From positions 4,012 through 68,011 of the forward strand of contig CAILDA010000008.1 in NCBI GenBank assembly GCA_903832875.1: a stretch of 64,000 bases of DNA, given 5' to 3'. The notes beneath the pieces were generated by a model. The model made no database searches. It worked only from the letters and a program-made list of their open reading frames with translations, and was not told the origin of the DNA. Positions within the stretch are counted from its first letter, which is position 1; each line of letters begins with the position of its first letter. Positions 1 to 9,942 of the stretch are shown piece by piece. A program made the translations under genes and the position numbers. This DNA is from an uncultured Micrococcales bacterium. Its GTDB lineage: Bacteria > Actinomycetota > Actinomycetes > Actinomycetales > Microbacteriaceae.

Positions 1-847
1 GAGCTGCAATCAGTGCAATACCTGCAGGTGACTCATAAACTTCACGACTCTTGATACCAACTAAACGATCTTCAACAATGTCGATACGACCAACACCGTG
101 CGCACCAGCAAGATCATTCATCTTCTGCACAAGTTGGATAGCGCTGTATTTCACGCCATCGATAGCAACAGGAATACCAGCTTCGAAACGAATAGTGATT
201 TCAGTTGGTTCACGGAAAACATCTGGGTCTTGAGTGTATGAATAAAGGTCTTCAATCGGAGCATTCCAAGGATCTTCCAAGAAACCGGTCTCCACTGCCC
301 TACCCCAGACGTTCTGGTCAACTGAGTAAGGAGATTTCTTGCTCTGCGCTATCGGCAGATTGTTCTTCTCAGCAAACTCGATGGCCTTATCGCGAGTAAG
401 AGCTAAATCACGAATAGGTGCAATGGACTTTAGTTCCGGCGCTATCGCTGCAACAGCAGCCTCAAAGCGAACCTGGTCATTACCCTTACCGGTGCAACCG
501 TGGGCAACACTGTCAGCTCCAAGTTGTCTTGCAACGCTGGCTAGGTGCTTACCGATTAGCGGACGAGATAAAGCAGAGACCAAAGGGTAACGCTTCTGGT
601 AAAGAGCATTGGCTTTTAGAGCTGGCATTAGGTAGTCATCAGCAAATTCTGCCTTAGCATCAATAACGATTGCTTCAACAGCACCACAATCCAAAGCACG
701 CTGACGGATAACATCCATGTCTTCTCCGCCTTGACCGACATCAATAGCAAGAGCCACGACCTCTTTACCGGTAGCTTCTTTTAGCCAACCGATACCAACA
801 GAGGTATCTAACCCACCTGAATAGGCAAGTACTACGCGTTCTGACAT
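1..847 (-). CDS. argG: Argininosuccinate synthase (5' part; 3' end runs off window)
   Basis: Read by hand on the minus strand from ATG at 847: [16 protein letters not shown]..., later [22 protein letters not shown] upstream. Missing from the ORF track because it is truncated. Confidence 0.97.
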   Translation of the reverse strand, partial: MSERVVLAYSGGLDTSVGIGWLKEATGKEVVALAIDVGQGGEDMDVIRQRALDCGAVEAIVIDAKAEFADDYLMPALKANALYQKRYPLVSALSRPLIGKHLASVARQLGADSVAHGCTGKGNDQVRFEAAVAAIAPELKSIAPIRDLALTRDKAIEFAEKNNLPIAQSKKSPYSVDQNVWGRAVETGFLEDPWNAPIEDLYSYTQDPDVFREPTEITIRFEAGIPVAIDGVKYSAIQLVQKMNDLAGAHGVGRIDIVEDRLVGIKSREVYESPAGIALIAA

Positions 848-898
848 TTTGCTCCTTAAATACCCTCAACCGATAGCGACATTGGGATTACTTTGATT

Positions 899-1822
899 TT
901 ACTTGGCGTGTTGGTCTAACCAAACCATCAGAGCTTTTTGAGCATGCAGGCGGTTTTCTGCCTCATCCCAAATAACTGCTTGTGGTCCATCTAACACTTC
1001 AGCACTGATTTCATAGCCTCGATAAGCAGGAAGACAGTGCAACACAATCGCATCGCTCTTAGCCTGAGCTAAGACAGCCGAATCAATACTGAAACCAGCA
1101 AAAGCTTTAACTCGTTCTGCCTTTTCTGCTTCTTGACCCATGGATACCCAGGTATCAGTTGCCAATACATCGGCATCCGAAACAGCAGCAGAGACAGAAG
1201 TTGAAACAGTTATTGAACCGCCGTTCTGCAAAGCAAGTGCAGTGGCACGATCAACAATATCCGCATCAGGTGCGTAAGCAGCAGGTGTGGCAATCGCAAC
1301 ATGCATTCCAGCTAGCGCTCCAGCCAACATGTATGAGTTGGCCATGTTATTACCATCACCGATGTATGCAAGCTTCAAACCAGCTAGCTTGCCCTTGTGT
1401 TCAAGAACAGTCAGTAAATCAGCAAGTAACTGACATGGGTGATACTCATCGCTTAGTGCGTTGATTACTGGAACCCTAGAGTTCTCAGCCATCTCAACTA
1501 AACCTGCTTGAGCATAGGTACGCCAAACAATTTGCGCCACCTGGCGATCTAAAACTCCTGCTGTGTCAGCAACAGATTCTTTGACTCCAAGCTGAGATCC
1601 TTGGGCATCAATAATCAGTGGTGAACCACCTAGATCTGCAATACCAACAGCAAAAGAAACTCTTGTCCTAGTTGATGTCTTGTCGAAGATGACCGCAACA
1701 GTCTTAGGTCCAGCAAACGGCCTAGCCGAGTAAGGATCTTGCTTCAGCTTTACTGCAAGCTGAAGTATCTCTGCTTGCTCTGAAGCTGAGATGTCATCAT
1801 CTTTCAAAAAGTGTCTCGTCAT
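899..1822 (-). CDS. argF: Ornithine carbamoyltransferase
   Basis: KTSTRTR, HPCQ, DTWVSMG and HCLP motifs. Confidence 0.97.
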   Translation of the reverse strand: MTRHFLKDDDISASEQAEILQLAVKLKQDPYSARPFAGPKTVAVIFDKTSTRTRVSFAVGIADLGGSPLIIDAQGSQLGVKESVADTAGVLDRQVAQIVWRTYAQAGLVEMAENSRVPVINALSDEYHPCQLLADLLTVLEHKGKLAGLKLAYIGDGNNMANSYMLAGALAGMHVAIATPAAYAPDADIVDRATALALQNGGSITVSTSVSAAVSDADVLATDTWVSMGQEAEKAERVKAFAGFSIDSAVLAQAKSDAIVLHCLPAYRGYEISAEVLDGPQAVIWDEAENRLHAQKALMVWLDQHAK

Positions 1823-1837
1823 GTTTATCTTTCTTAC

Positions 1838-2707
1838 CTATGGAAGAACTAAAGTACCTATGCCTGATGGCGTGAATATTTCTAGTAGAACAGAATGTGG
1901 AATGCGACCGTCAATGATGTGTGCCTGTGGAACACCCTCGCTTACTGATGCCAGACATGCACCCATCTTAGGAATCATCCCCGACTCTAAATCTGGAAGC
2001 AGTTCCTCTAGTTCACCCAAAGTTATTTCACTTACCAAGGAATCCTTATTTGGCCAATCGCTGTAAAGTCCAGCGACATCAGTTAGGACAACTAACTTTG
2101 CTGCACCCAAAGCCACTGCTAACGATGAAGCAGCTAAGTCTGCATTGACATTTAGTAACTGACCTGAACTGTCAGGACCAACCGTTGAAATAACTGGAAC
2201 CAAGTCCTGAGCAATTGCTTTGTTTATAACTGAAACATTTACTGAAGTAACAACACCGACAAGGCCTAGATCTTCTCGAGTGATACTTGCTGTGAAGAGT
2301 CCTTCGCTCTCACCATTTAGCACCTGAGTCTTTGCTCCAGCTTCTTCAATGAGCTTTGCCAGCGGAACGCTAATCTCATCGCGCAGAGTGTCGCGAATGA
2401 TGCCAATGGATTCCGCTGTGGTAACTCGTAAGCCATCAACAAACTTACTGTCAATGCCAGCAGCAGCTAACTTTGCTGTGATCTGTGGACCGCCACCGTG
2501 AACTACTACTGGCTTGATGCCAACTAGTTGCAGATAAGCGATATCTTCAGCAAAAGCTTGCTGCAGGGCTTGATCACCCATCGCATTTCCACCGAATTTG
2601 ATTACCAGGATTTGACCATGGAACTTCCTGATCCAAGGTGCAGAGTCAATCAACGTCTGAGCTTTAACTCTGACTAAATCGAGATTGTTCTTATCTGCGC
2701 TAATCAT
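1838..2707 (-). CDS. argB: Acetylglutamate kinase
   Basis: IKFGGNAM, VVHGGG, NVNAD and GMIPK motifs. Confidence 0.96.
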   Translation of the reverse strand: MISADKNNLDLVRVKAQTLIDSAPWIRKFHGQILVIKFGGNAMGDQALQQAFAEDIAYLQLVGIKPVVVHGGGPQITAKLAAAGIDSKFVDGLRVTTAESIGIIRDTLRDEISVPLAKLIEEAGAKTQVLNGESEGLFTASITREDLGLVGVVTSVNVSVINKAIAQDLVPVISTVGPDSSGQLLNVNADLAASSLAVALGAAKLVVLTDVAGLYSDWPNKDSLVSEITLGELEELLPDLESGMIPKMGACLASVSEGVPQAHIIDGRIPHSVLLEIFTPSGIGTLVLP

Positions 2708-3734
2708 TAGTCAGCCCAGTATCTTCATGGAAACCACCAGCAATGTTCAAGCTCTGGATGGCTGCCCCTGCTGTCCCCTTAACCAAATTATCAATAGCAC
2801 TAATCACAACAACTCGATTAGTTGCTTCATCGATAGCAACGCCAATTAGAGCCAAGTTCTTATTCTCAACCGAAGCAGTATCTGGATACTCTCCATCTGC
2901 CAGTAGCTGCACATTACTTTCATCGCCATAAGCTGCTTCAAATGCTGATCTAACATCGGCCAAAGATTTTCCAGCAACAAGTTCAGCAGTATTTACTGCA
3001 AGTATTCCTCTGAACATCGGAACTAATACTGGTGTGAAGGTAAGCGTTGTTGCAGAGTCCGCAACGCGATTGAGGTTCTGAGCAATCTCTGGAATATGTC
3101 TATGAATGCCGGCAACTTGATACGCATAGGAAGATTCAAGTGCTGGCTTATTTCCATCATTGACCTCTGAGTTCTTACCTGCACCACTGGTACCAACCGA
3201 AAGAGTTGAAACTAAATCTTTAGGTTCGATGACTCCATGAGCCAGTAAAGGTGCAAAAGCTAGAGTGACAGCAGTTGCATTACATCCTGGAACTGCAATT
3301 CTTTTTGCACCAACCAATTTCTCACGTTGCTTGAGTGTTTTGGTGATCAGGAGTTCTGGCATGCCATAAACCCAAGTACCAGCATGAGCTGACTTATAGA
3401 ACTTTTCGAATTCCAATGCGGATTCCAATCTGAAATCAGCACCACAATCTAGAACCAGAGTTTCATCGCTTAGCCACTGAGCCACTTCTGCTGACTTGGT
3501 GTGAGGCAGTGCTAGAAAAACAACATCGTGATCAGCTAACACTTCTTGACTAGTTTCTTGAAAAACTAAATCAGCAAACTTGTCATCAACCTGATGGATT
3601 GAGCTAAGTGTCTGGCCAACATTACTATTGGCGGTAACGGTAACGAGCTCAAGATTTGGATGCTTTTGGATGAGACCAATCAGTTCTCCACCGACATAGC
3701 CACTGGCACCAGATACGGCAACCTTTAGTTTCAT
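2700..3734 (-). CDS. argC: N-acetyl-gamma-glutamyl-phosphate reductase
   Basis: GASGYVG, PGCNAT, SGAG, HRHIPEI and DNLVKGTAG motifs. Start moved to ATG 3734 (MKLKVAV), which follows an AAGGAG SD. Confidence 0.96.
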   Translation of the reverse strand: MKLKVAVSGASGYVGGELIGLIQKHPNLELVTVTANSNVGQTLSSIHQVDDKFADLVFQETSQEVLADHDVVFLALPHTKSAEVAQWLSDETLVLDCGADFRLESALEFEKFYKSAHAGTWVYGMPELLITKTLKQREKLVGAKRIAVPGCNATAVTLAFAPLLAHGVIEPKDLVSTLSVGTSGAGKNSEVNDGNKPALESSYAYQVAGIHRHIPEIAQNLNRVADSATTLTFTPVLVPMFRGILAVNTAELVAGKSLADVRSAFEAAYGDESNVQLLADGEYPDTASVENKNLALIGVAIDEATNRVVVISAIDNLVKGTAGAAIQSLNIAGGFHEDTGLTND

Positions 3735-3759
3735 GGCTGTCTCCTTGTGTTCTAAGTGG

Positions 3760-6270
3760 TTAGGTTCTGATGGTTGCGCCGAATTTGGCATTTGCTGCAG
3801 CTACCGCAGCATCTCGAGACTCCGTTGCCTCAACTTGCGTCAGTGTTCGATCGGTTGCTCTAAATCGCAACGCGAAAGTCAATGACTTCTTATCTGCATC
3901 TAGATTGTTTCCTCGATAATCATCAACGAGAACAATATCTTCAAGTAATTCACCAGCTGCTGCTCTAAGCACTTCTAAAACATCACCTGCTGGAACATCT
4001 TGACTAATCACCAATGAAAGATCTTGTGTCGCGGCAGGATGCGTATAGACAGCTTGAGCTGAAATAAGTTCCGGAGCATTAGCGAATAGAACCTCAAGGC
4101 TCATTTCAAGTATTGCTACCTGTCTCGGCAGATCATTTTCACTTGCTAGTTCAGGGTGCAGTTCACCGGCATAACCTAAAAGTTCATCAGAGCCTTGCAC
4201 CTTGATAGCAGCAGTCCTACCAGGGTGGTAGCCAATAGGGGTTGCCTGCTCAAGATAAATCTCAACACCAACCGCGTGGGCTGCTGTTCTAGCAGCTTGG
4301 ATTGCATCGGAGTAGCTTGATTTGATAGCTTTTCTGCCCACTTGTTGCGAAAGTCTATCCCCAACAAAGACAGCACCAAGGGTCAGCGGTTGATTAGGGA
4401 TGCTCGCGTGTAACTTAGCTAGCTCTTTAGCGCTTGGCAGTGCAGTTCCAATTGGGAGGGAAACTTTATCCGCGGAAGCAGAAGGTAAGAAAGCTAAACC
4501 AATTTCATAAATGGCTAGATCAGTAATTGTTCTCGACAGGTTGCGTTTAGCGGCATCGATTAGCCCTGGCAACATGCTCAAACGAAGTTCGTTAACTTCT
4601 TCCTGCATTGCATTAGCAAGAAGTACTCGCGTCGCTTTCTCATCTGCAAAGTATGAGTTCTGAGAATTGGTCAAGAATGGATAGTTCAAAACCTCAGTGT
4701 GTCCAGTGGCAGCTAACTGGTTAGCAACAGCGCGACGCTGTTTTTGACGAGAGGTTAGCCCTTTACCAGGAGGTGCAACAGGAAGTCTTGAAGGGATTCT
4801 TTCGTAACCGGTAATTCTGGCTACTTCTTCAACTAGATCTGTTTTGTGAGTCAGATCTGGTCGCCATGATGGTGGCAAGACTTCATAACCGTCAGAAACA
4901 CTTGCAACAACACAGCCGATGTCTGTAAGCGTTGAAACTATTTCATCTGATGTGTATTCAACGCCAGTAATGCTTGAAGCGAAGGTTTCAGGCAAGAATA
5001 CTTTTGAAATCTCTGGTGTCTCGTCAAAAAACGCACCAAGTGCATCGGCTTTAGCGCCAGTAAGTTCAACTAGTAACTGAACAACTCTGGCAGCTGCATA
5101 CTCAGCAATCTTTGGATCAACACCACGTTCAAAACGTTTAGATGCTTCGCTAGGAAGTTTGTGTCTTCTAGCAGTTCTAGCAATAGAAACGCCATCAAAG
5201 TTCGCTGCCTCAATCAGAACTGAAGTAGTTGAATCTGATACTTCTGTGCTCTGCCCACCCATAACACCAGCAAGGCCAATTGCTCCACTTGCATCAGCGA
5301 TTACTAAATCTTCTGCATGAAGAGCTCTGGTCTGACCATCTAGAGTCACCAGGTTCTCACCTTTTTTGGCTCTACGAACAGTCAAACCATCTTTCACTTT
5401 TGATTGATCGTAAGCGTGAATTGGTTGACCAAGTTCAAGCATCACGTAGTTGGTGATGTCAACAACAACAGAAATAGAACGCATTCCAGAGAGCTTAAGT
5501 CTTGAAACCATCCAGGCTGGAGTTTGTGCTTTAGCGTTCACATTAGATGCTGAAACAACAACAAACTTGGTTGAGCCAACCTTTCCTCTTATTGGCGAAG
5601 CATCTGAAATCTTTAGTCCAAAACCATTGCTCTTCACTGGGGTTACTTTAGAAATTGGATCAGTGAATACTGCACCAGTTGCGTGCGAGAACTCACGAGC
5701 GATACCTCTAATTGAGAAACAGTAACCTCGATCTGGAGTCACATTGACTTCAGCTGCTTCGTCGCTTAGGTGAAGTAAAGCTAAGGCATCTGAGCCTATT
5801 TCAGGATCTAATCCAATTGTGCTTAGGCGAAGAATTCCATCATGGTCATCGCTCACACCTAGTTCACGAGCAGATGCGATCATGCCATCACTGGTATGAC
5901 CGTAGGTGCTTCTAACTGCAATCTTGAAATCCCCTGGCAATACAGCTCCTGGCAAAGTAACAACTACTTTGTCATTTAATTCAAAGTTTCTTGCACCACA
6001 GACAATGCCACGAACATCTAAGCCACCATCAGCAGCTTTAGCTCCACTCGGAGCAACTCTGACCTGGCACCAACGAATAGTTTTACCGTTGGATTGTTCT
6101 TCTTCAACAAATTCAAGAACTTGGCCAACAACGATTGGACCAACAAGCGAGAAGGAATGTGAACCTTCTTCTTCTAAGCCAACTTTGACAAGTTCAGCCA
6201 TAACAGAATCAGCAGTTGAACCTTTAGGTAGTTCAACAGATTCAGCTAACCAAGACAATGAAACTCTCAT
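3760..6270 (-). CDS. pheT: Phenylalanyl-tRNA synthetase beta subunit
   Basis: IVCGARN, VTPDRGYC, LGQPIHAYD, SKRFERGVD, WRPDL motifs and C-terminal FDX-ACB (KKSLTFALRFRATDRTLT). Confidence 0.98.
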   Translation of the reverse strand: MRVSLSWLAESVELPKGSTADSVMAELVKVGLEEEGSHSFSLVGPIVVGQVLEFVEEEQSNGKTIRWCQVRVAPSGAKAADGGLDVRGIVCGARNFELNDKVVVTLPGAVLPGDFKIAVRSTYGHTSDGMIASARELGVSDDHDGILRLSTIGLDPEIGSDALALLHLSDEAAEVNVTPDRGYCFSIRGIAREFSHATGAVFTDPISKVTPVKSNGFGLKISDASPIRGKVGSTKFVVVSASNVNAKAQTPAWMVSRLKLSGMRSISVVVDITNYVMLELGQPIHAYDQSKVKDGLTVRRAKKGENLVTLDGQTRALHAEDLVIADASGAIGLAGVMGGQSTEVSDSTTSVLIEAANFDGVSIARTARRHKLPSEASKRFERGVDPKIAEYAAARVVQLLVELTGAKADALGAFFDETPEISKVFLPETFASSITGVEYTSDEIVSTLTDIGCVVASVSDGYEVLPPSWRPDLTHKTDLVEEVARITGYERIPSRLPVAPPGKGLTSRQKQRRAVANQLAATGHTEVLNYPFLTNSQNSYFADEKATRVLLANAMQEEVNELRLSMLPGLIDAAKRNLSRTITDLAIYEIGLAFLPSASADKVSLPIGTALPSAKELAKLHASIPNQPLTLGAVFVGDRLSQQVGRKAIKSSYSDAIQAARTAAHAVGVEIYLEQATPIGYHPGRTAAIKVQGSDELLGYAGELHPELASENDLPRQVAILEMSLEVLFANAPELISAQAVYTHPAATQDLSLVISQDVPAGDVLEVLRAAAGELLEDIVLVDDYRGNNLDADKKSLTFALRFRATDRTLTQVEATESRDAAVAAANAKFGATIRT

Positions 6271-7310
6271 TAGAGCACCACCCCGAACTGCTGAGAGAAA
6301 CGAACATCCGCTTCAACCATGTCGTGCATGTCTTTGACATCATTTCGGAACATCAGAGTTCTTTCGATACCCATACCGAATGCGAAACCTGAATATACTT
6401 CTGGATCAATTCCAGCTGCACGCAAAACATTAGGGTTAACCATTCCGCAGCCACCCCACTCAACCCAACGAGCTCCACCTTTAGCACCTGGGTGCCAAAC
6501 ATCTAACTCAGCTGACGGTTCAGTAAATGGGAAGAAAGAAGGACGAAGACGAATCTTGGCATCTGGACCAAACATGATTCTGGCAAAGTGCTCAAGGGTT
6601 CCCTTGAGATCTGCCATGGTTAGGCCTTTATCAACTGCAAGACCTTCAACCTGATGGAAAACCGGTGTGTGAGTTGCATCAAGTTCATCTGTTCTGAAAA
6701 CACGCCCTGGACATAAAACATAAACTGGCAAATCTCGTTCCAGCAATGAGCGAACCTGAACTGGAGAGGTGTGAGTTCTAAGCACTAGGTGTTGCTCAAC
6801 CGGTTCAACAAAGAAAGTATCTTGCATAGCTCTTGCCGGGTGATCAGCATCAAAGTTCAAAGCATCGAAGTTGAACCATTCGCTTTCAACTTCCGGGCCT
6901 TCAGCTATTTCCCAACCCATGCCAATGAAGATATCTGATATTTCATCCTGCAAAAGTGATAGTGGATGTCTTGCTCCTAGCACCTGCGTTTGAGGCGAAG
7001 CGGTAACATCGACCTTTTCAGCTTCAAGCTTGGCAGCCTGTTCAACTGCATAGAACTCTGCTTCTTTTGAAGCAAAAGCCTCATTTACTGATGTTCGAGC
7101 GGCTGTGATCAGCTTGCCAGCATCTGCTTTTTGGTCAGCAGGAAGTTTGCCGAGTGATGAACTAAGCGCTGCGATAGCTGAGCCATCACCAACAGCGCTA
7201 GCTCTAACAGCTTTTAGGGAAGCCAGATCGGTAGCTGATTGAATCAACTTCAGGGCATCAGAAACCATGGCATCGACTGATGCTTTAGTGATTGGGCTAT
7301 GTTCTGGCAT
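6270..7310 (-). CDS. pheS: Phenylalanyl-tRNA synthetase alpha subunit
   Basis: HPARAMQDTF, LRTHTSPVQ, FPFTEPS and GFAFGMGIER motifs. Start is 7310 (ATG) or 7319. Confidence 0.98.
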   Translation of the reverse strand: MPEHSPITKASVDAMVSDALKLIQSATDLASLKAVRASAVGDGSAIAALSSSLGKLPADQKADAGKLITAARTSVNEAFASKEAEFYAVEQAAKLEAEKVDVTASPQTQVLGARHPLSLLQDEISDIFIGMGWEIAEGPEVESEWFNFDALNFDADHPARAMQDTFFVEPVEQHLVLRTHTSPVQVRSLLERDLPVYVLCPGRVFRTDELDATHTPVFHQVEGLAVDKGLTMADLKGTLEHFARIMFGPDAKIRLRPSFFPFTEPSAELDVWHPGAKGGARWVEWGGCGMVNPNVLRAAGIDPEVYSGFAFGMGIERTLMFRNDVKDMHDMVEADVRFSQQFGVVL

Positions 7311-7348
7311 TAGGTTCAAGTATATCCGCTAGGGCTTTTTGCTTGCGC

Positions 7349-8149
7349 TTAGCTAGGTGTTGAGTTCTGAGCAAAAGCAGATGAATAGAGACACACACTG
7401 GCAGCGGTAGCAAGATTCAGTGACTCAGCAGCACCATAAATAGGAACTGCAACAGTCAGGTCAGCAAGGGCTAGTACTTCTGGCTCAAAGCCCCAGGCTT
7501 CATTACCAAATAACCAAGCTGTTGGCTTTTGTAGTTCAGAAGAAAGTTCAGGAAGAGCTTTGCCTGATGCATCGGCAGCAAGAATCTGAATACCAGAACT
7601 CTTGAGCGCTGTTACCGCTTCATTGATGTCAACGTCAACTGCAAATGGCAGGTGGAACATCGAACCTGTAGTTGATCTAACAACCTTTGGGTTATAAATA
7701 TCCACGCTACCTGAGCTAAAGATAACTGCATCAGCACCAGCAGCATCAGCTGCTCTAAGCACTGTTCCAGCATTACCTGGATCTCTGATCTGAGACAGCA
7801 ACACAACTAGCTTTGGTTTGGTTGCAATGATGTCTTCAAGAGAAACATCGAACTGCTCACACACAGCAACAACACCCTGAGGCGTATTGGTGTCTGACAA
7901 AGCTGCAAGAACAGCATCGTTTACTAATTGGACTTCAACTCTTGAACTTGCAGCCTGAGCAAAGAGTTCTGGATGGCGTGCCAAAGCCTCCTCGGTAGCA
8001 AACGCTTCGAGGATTAGTTTTGGTCGATTGAGCGCCTCGCGAAAACCTTGCGGTCCTTCAAGCAGAAAGAGCCCGGTTTCAGACCGGGCATCTTTCTTGA
8101 CTAGCTTGGCAACCCCACGAACCTTAGCGGCTTTGGGATCGATTAGCAC
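7349..8149 (-). CDS. TrmH/SpoU family RNA methyltransferase
   Basis: DPGNAGTVLR, GNEAWG and ESLNLA SPOUT motifs; usual position between rplT and pheS. Confidence 0.92.
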   Translation of the reverse strand: MLIDPKAAKVRGVAKLVKKDARSETGLFLLEGPQGFREALNRPKLILEAFATEEALARHPELFAQAASSRVEVQLVNDAVLAALSDTNTPQGVVAVCEQFDVSLEDIIATKPKLVVLLSQIRDPGNAGTVLRAADAAGADAVIFSSGSVDIYNPKVVRSTTGSMFHLPFAVDVDINEAVTALKSSGIQILAADASGKALPELSSELQKPTAWLFGNEAWGFEPEVLALADLTVAVPIYGAAESLNLATAASVCLYSSAFAQNSTPS

Positions 8150-8154
8150 AGGCT

Positions 8155-8538
8155 CTAGTGAACCTTTGGAGCTGAAGTGTTCGCTGGAAGTGCAGCCTTA
8201 GCGGTAGCTACCAAAGATGCAAAAGCCTTTGGTTCGTTAACTGCTAGGTCAGCCAAGATACGACGGTCAACTGCAACACCTGCAAGGTTTAGACCCTGGA
8301 TTAGACGGTTGTATGTCAGTCCGTTCGCACGAGATGCTGCGTTAATACGCTGAATCCATAGACGACGGAAGTTACCCTTCTTATCGCGACGGTCGTTGTA
8401 TGCATAAACCAGCGAGTGTAGAACCTGCTGCTTAGCCATACGGTATAGACGTGAACGCTGACCGCGGTAACCCTTGGCACGTTCAAGTGCTGTGCGACGC
8501 TTCTTCAACGCGTTTATTGCGTTTTTTACTCTTGCCAT
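8155..8538 (-). CDS. rplT: 50S ribosomal protein L20
   Basis: MARVK...AKGYRG...[11 protein letters not shown]. Confidence 0.99.
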   Translation of the reverse strand: MARVKNAINALKKRRTALERAKGYRGQRSRLYRMAKQQVLHSLVYAYNDRRDKKGNFRRLWIQRINAASRANGLTYNRLIQGLNLAGVAVDRRILADLAVNEPKAFASLVATAKAALPANTSAPKVH

Positions 8539-8572
8539 TAGTTTCTCCTAAAAATTTTGTGAATAGCTTGGG

Positions 8573-8767
8573 CTAGTGGCCGAGCTGCTTCTTGATGGTC
8601 TTGAAGTCGGCTTTGCTAACAAGCTGATCTTGGTTTAGACGACGGGTGCGACGGCTCGACTTGTGCTCGAGGTTGTGGCGCATGTTAATTTGCTGCTTCA
8701 TCAACTTGCCGCTACCTGTGAAGCGGAAACGCTTCTTAGCGCCAGAGTGGGTCTTCTGCTTTGGCAT
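8573..8767 (-). CDS. rpmI: 50S ribosomal protein L35
   Basis: [14 protein letters not shown]. Confidence 0.99.
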   Translation of the reverse strand: MPKQKTHSGAKKRFRFTGSGKLMKQQINMRHNLEHKSSRRTRRLNQDQLVSKADFKTIKKQLGH

Positions 8768-8785
8768 AACTTCTCTCCTGTTTTT

Positions 8786-9397
8786 CTAATCTGCGGTTTC
8801 AGCCGCAGAATCCTTAGTTTCGGTCTCAGTCTTTGAAGCTTTAGCTTGTTTATCGGCTAAACGCTTGGCTTCGGCTTTCGCCTCTGCCTTGTTACGTAGA
8901 GGCGCAATAACCATGACCAAGCTTCTGCCATCAGCCGAAGGACTCGACTCAACAACACCAAACTCAGTTACTTCTTCAGCAACCTTCTGCAACAACTTGA
9001 CACCCATCTCCGGACGTGATTGCTCACGGCCACGGAAAACGACCATCACTTTGACCTTGTCGCCAGCCTTTAAAAAGCGTTCGATCTGACCCTTTTTAGT
9101 CCCATAGTCGTGATCATCGATTTTCAATCCAAAACGAACAGTCTTGATAACTGTGTTGGTCTGGTTCTTTCTCGCTTCACGGATCTTCTGGGCTGCTTCG
9201 TACTTGAACTTACCGAAATCCATCAATTTACACACTGGTGGCTCTGAACCGGGAGATACTTCCACCAAATCTAAGTCAATTTCCTGCGCCATACGCAGGG
9301 CTTCTTCGATTTTGATGATTCCTAGCTGTTCACCTTTAGGTCCAACTAGGCGTACCTCAGGCACACGAATTCGTTCGTTTATACGCGGATCGCTGAT
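8786..9397 (-). CDS. infC: Translation initiation factor IF-3, probable non-canonical ATC start
   Basis: [20 protein letters not shown] and FRGRE motifs. The frame extends upstream of GTG 9364 as [13 protein letters not shown], with an AGGAG SD 6 nt before the ATC at 9397. Confidence 0.95.
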   Translation of the reverse strand: MSDPRINERIRVPEVRLVGPKGEQLGIIKIEEALRMAQEIDLDLVEVSPGSEPPVCKLMDFGKFKYEAAQKIREARKNQTNTVIKTVRFGLKIDDHDYGTKKGQIERFLKAGDKVKVMVVFRGREQSRPEMGVKLLQKVAEEVTEFGVVESSPSADGRSLVMVIAPLRNKAEAKAEAKRLADKQAKASKTETETKDSAAETAD

Positions 9398-9594
9398 CTG
9401 CTGCTCCTTTTGACGTGACTTATTTGGCCACGTCCATGCAAGTATTTACTTGCTAACGCGCAGAACTGAAAGTTCAAAGCTTTACCCGGCCACCTAAAGA
9501 AATCGGTAGTCGCGGGTGGGAAATGAATCCACTTCTGACTGCAGAGGTAAATCCGCAGAGCCGTGAAGTAGCCTAGCAGAGAACAGAGTCGAAA

Positions 9595-9942
9595 GTGAAG
9601 CCCTCAATGTCAGATGATTTAGAGAATCAAGCCCTCCGCGAGCTAGAAGATGTTCCAGCCGTTGAAGTTATCACCGCAACAGCAGTGCATCTAATGAGCG
9701 CTGCCGCTGTTCAGGTTGGGTTAGCCGAAAATGGCTATAAAGGCGACCTCGATGAAGCCAGAAAGCTAATCACAGCATTAGCTGGCCTTATCTCTGCTAG
9801 TTCCCCAGATTTAGGCGATCACCATGCCCGACCACTAAGAGATGGCCTTAGAAGCCTGCAACTAGCGTTTCGCGAGTCATCAACTATTAAAGATGAGCCA
9901 GGACAGGGCCCAGGTGAGAAATTTACCGGTCCCGTTAACTAA
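9595..9942 (+). CDS. DUF1844-like conserved actinobacterial protein
   Basis: DVPAVEVI...DLDEARKLITALAGL...PGQGPGEKFTGPV; divergent from infC. Family call from recall. Start may be ATG 9607. Confidence 0.8.
   Translation: MKPSMSDDLENQALRELEDVPAVEVITATAVHLMSAAAVQVGLAENGYKGDLDEARKLITALAGLISASSPDLGDHHARPLRDGLRSLQLAFRESSTIKDEPGQGPGEKFTGPVN

Noticed and set aside
51-657. Short plus-strand ORFs at the window start, and similar antisense ORFs throughout (e.g. 5906-6337, 33073-33483, 42331-42774)
   Set aside because: Antisense shadows of well-conserved genes (argG, pheT, pnp, pstC) with no recognisable motifs
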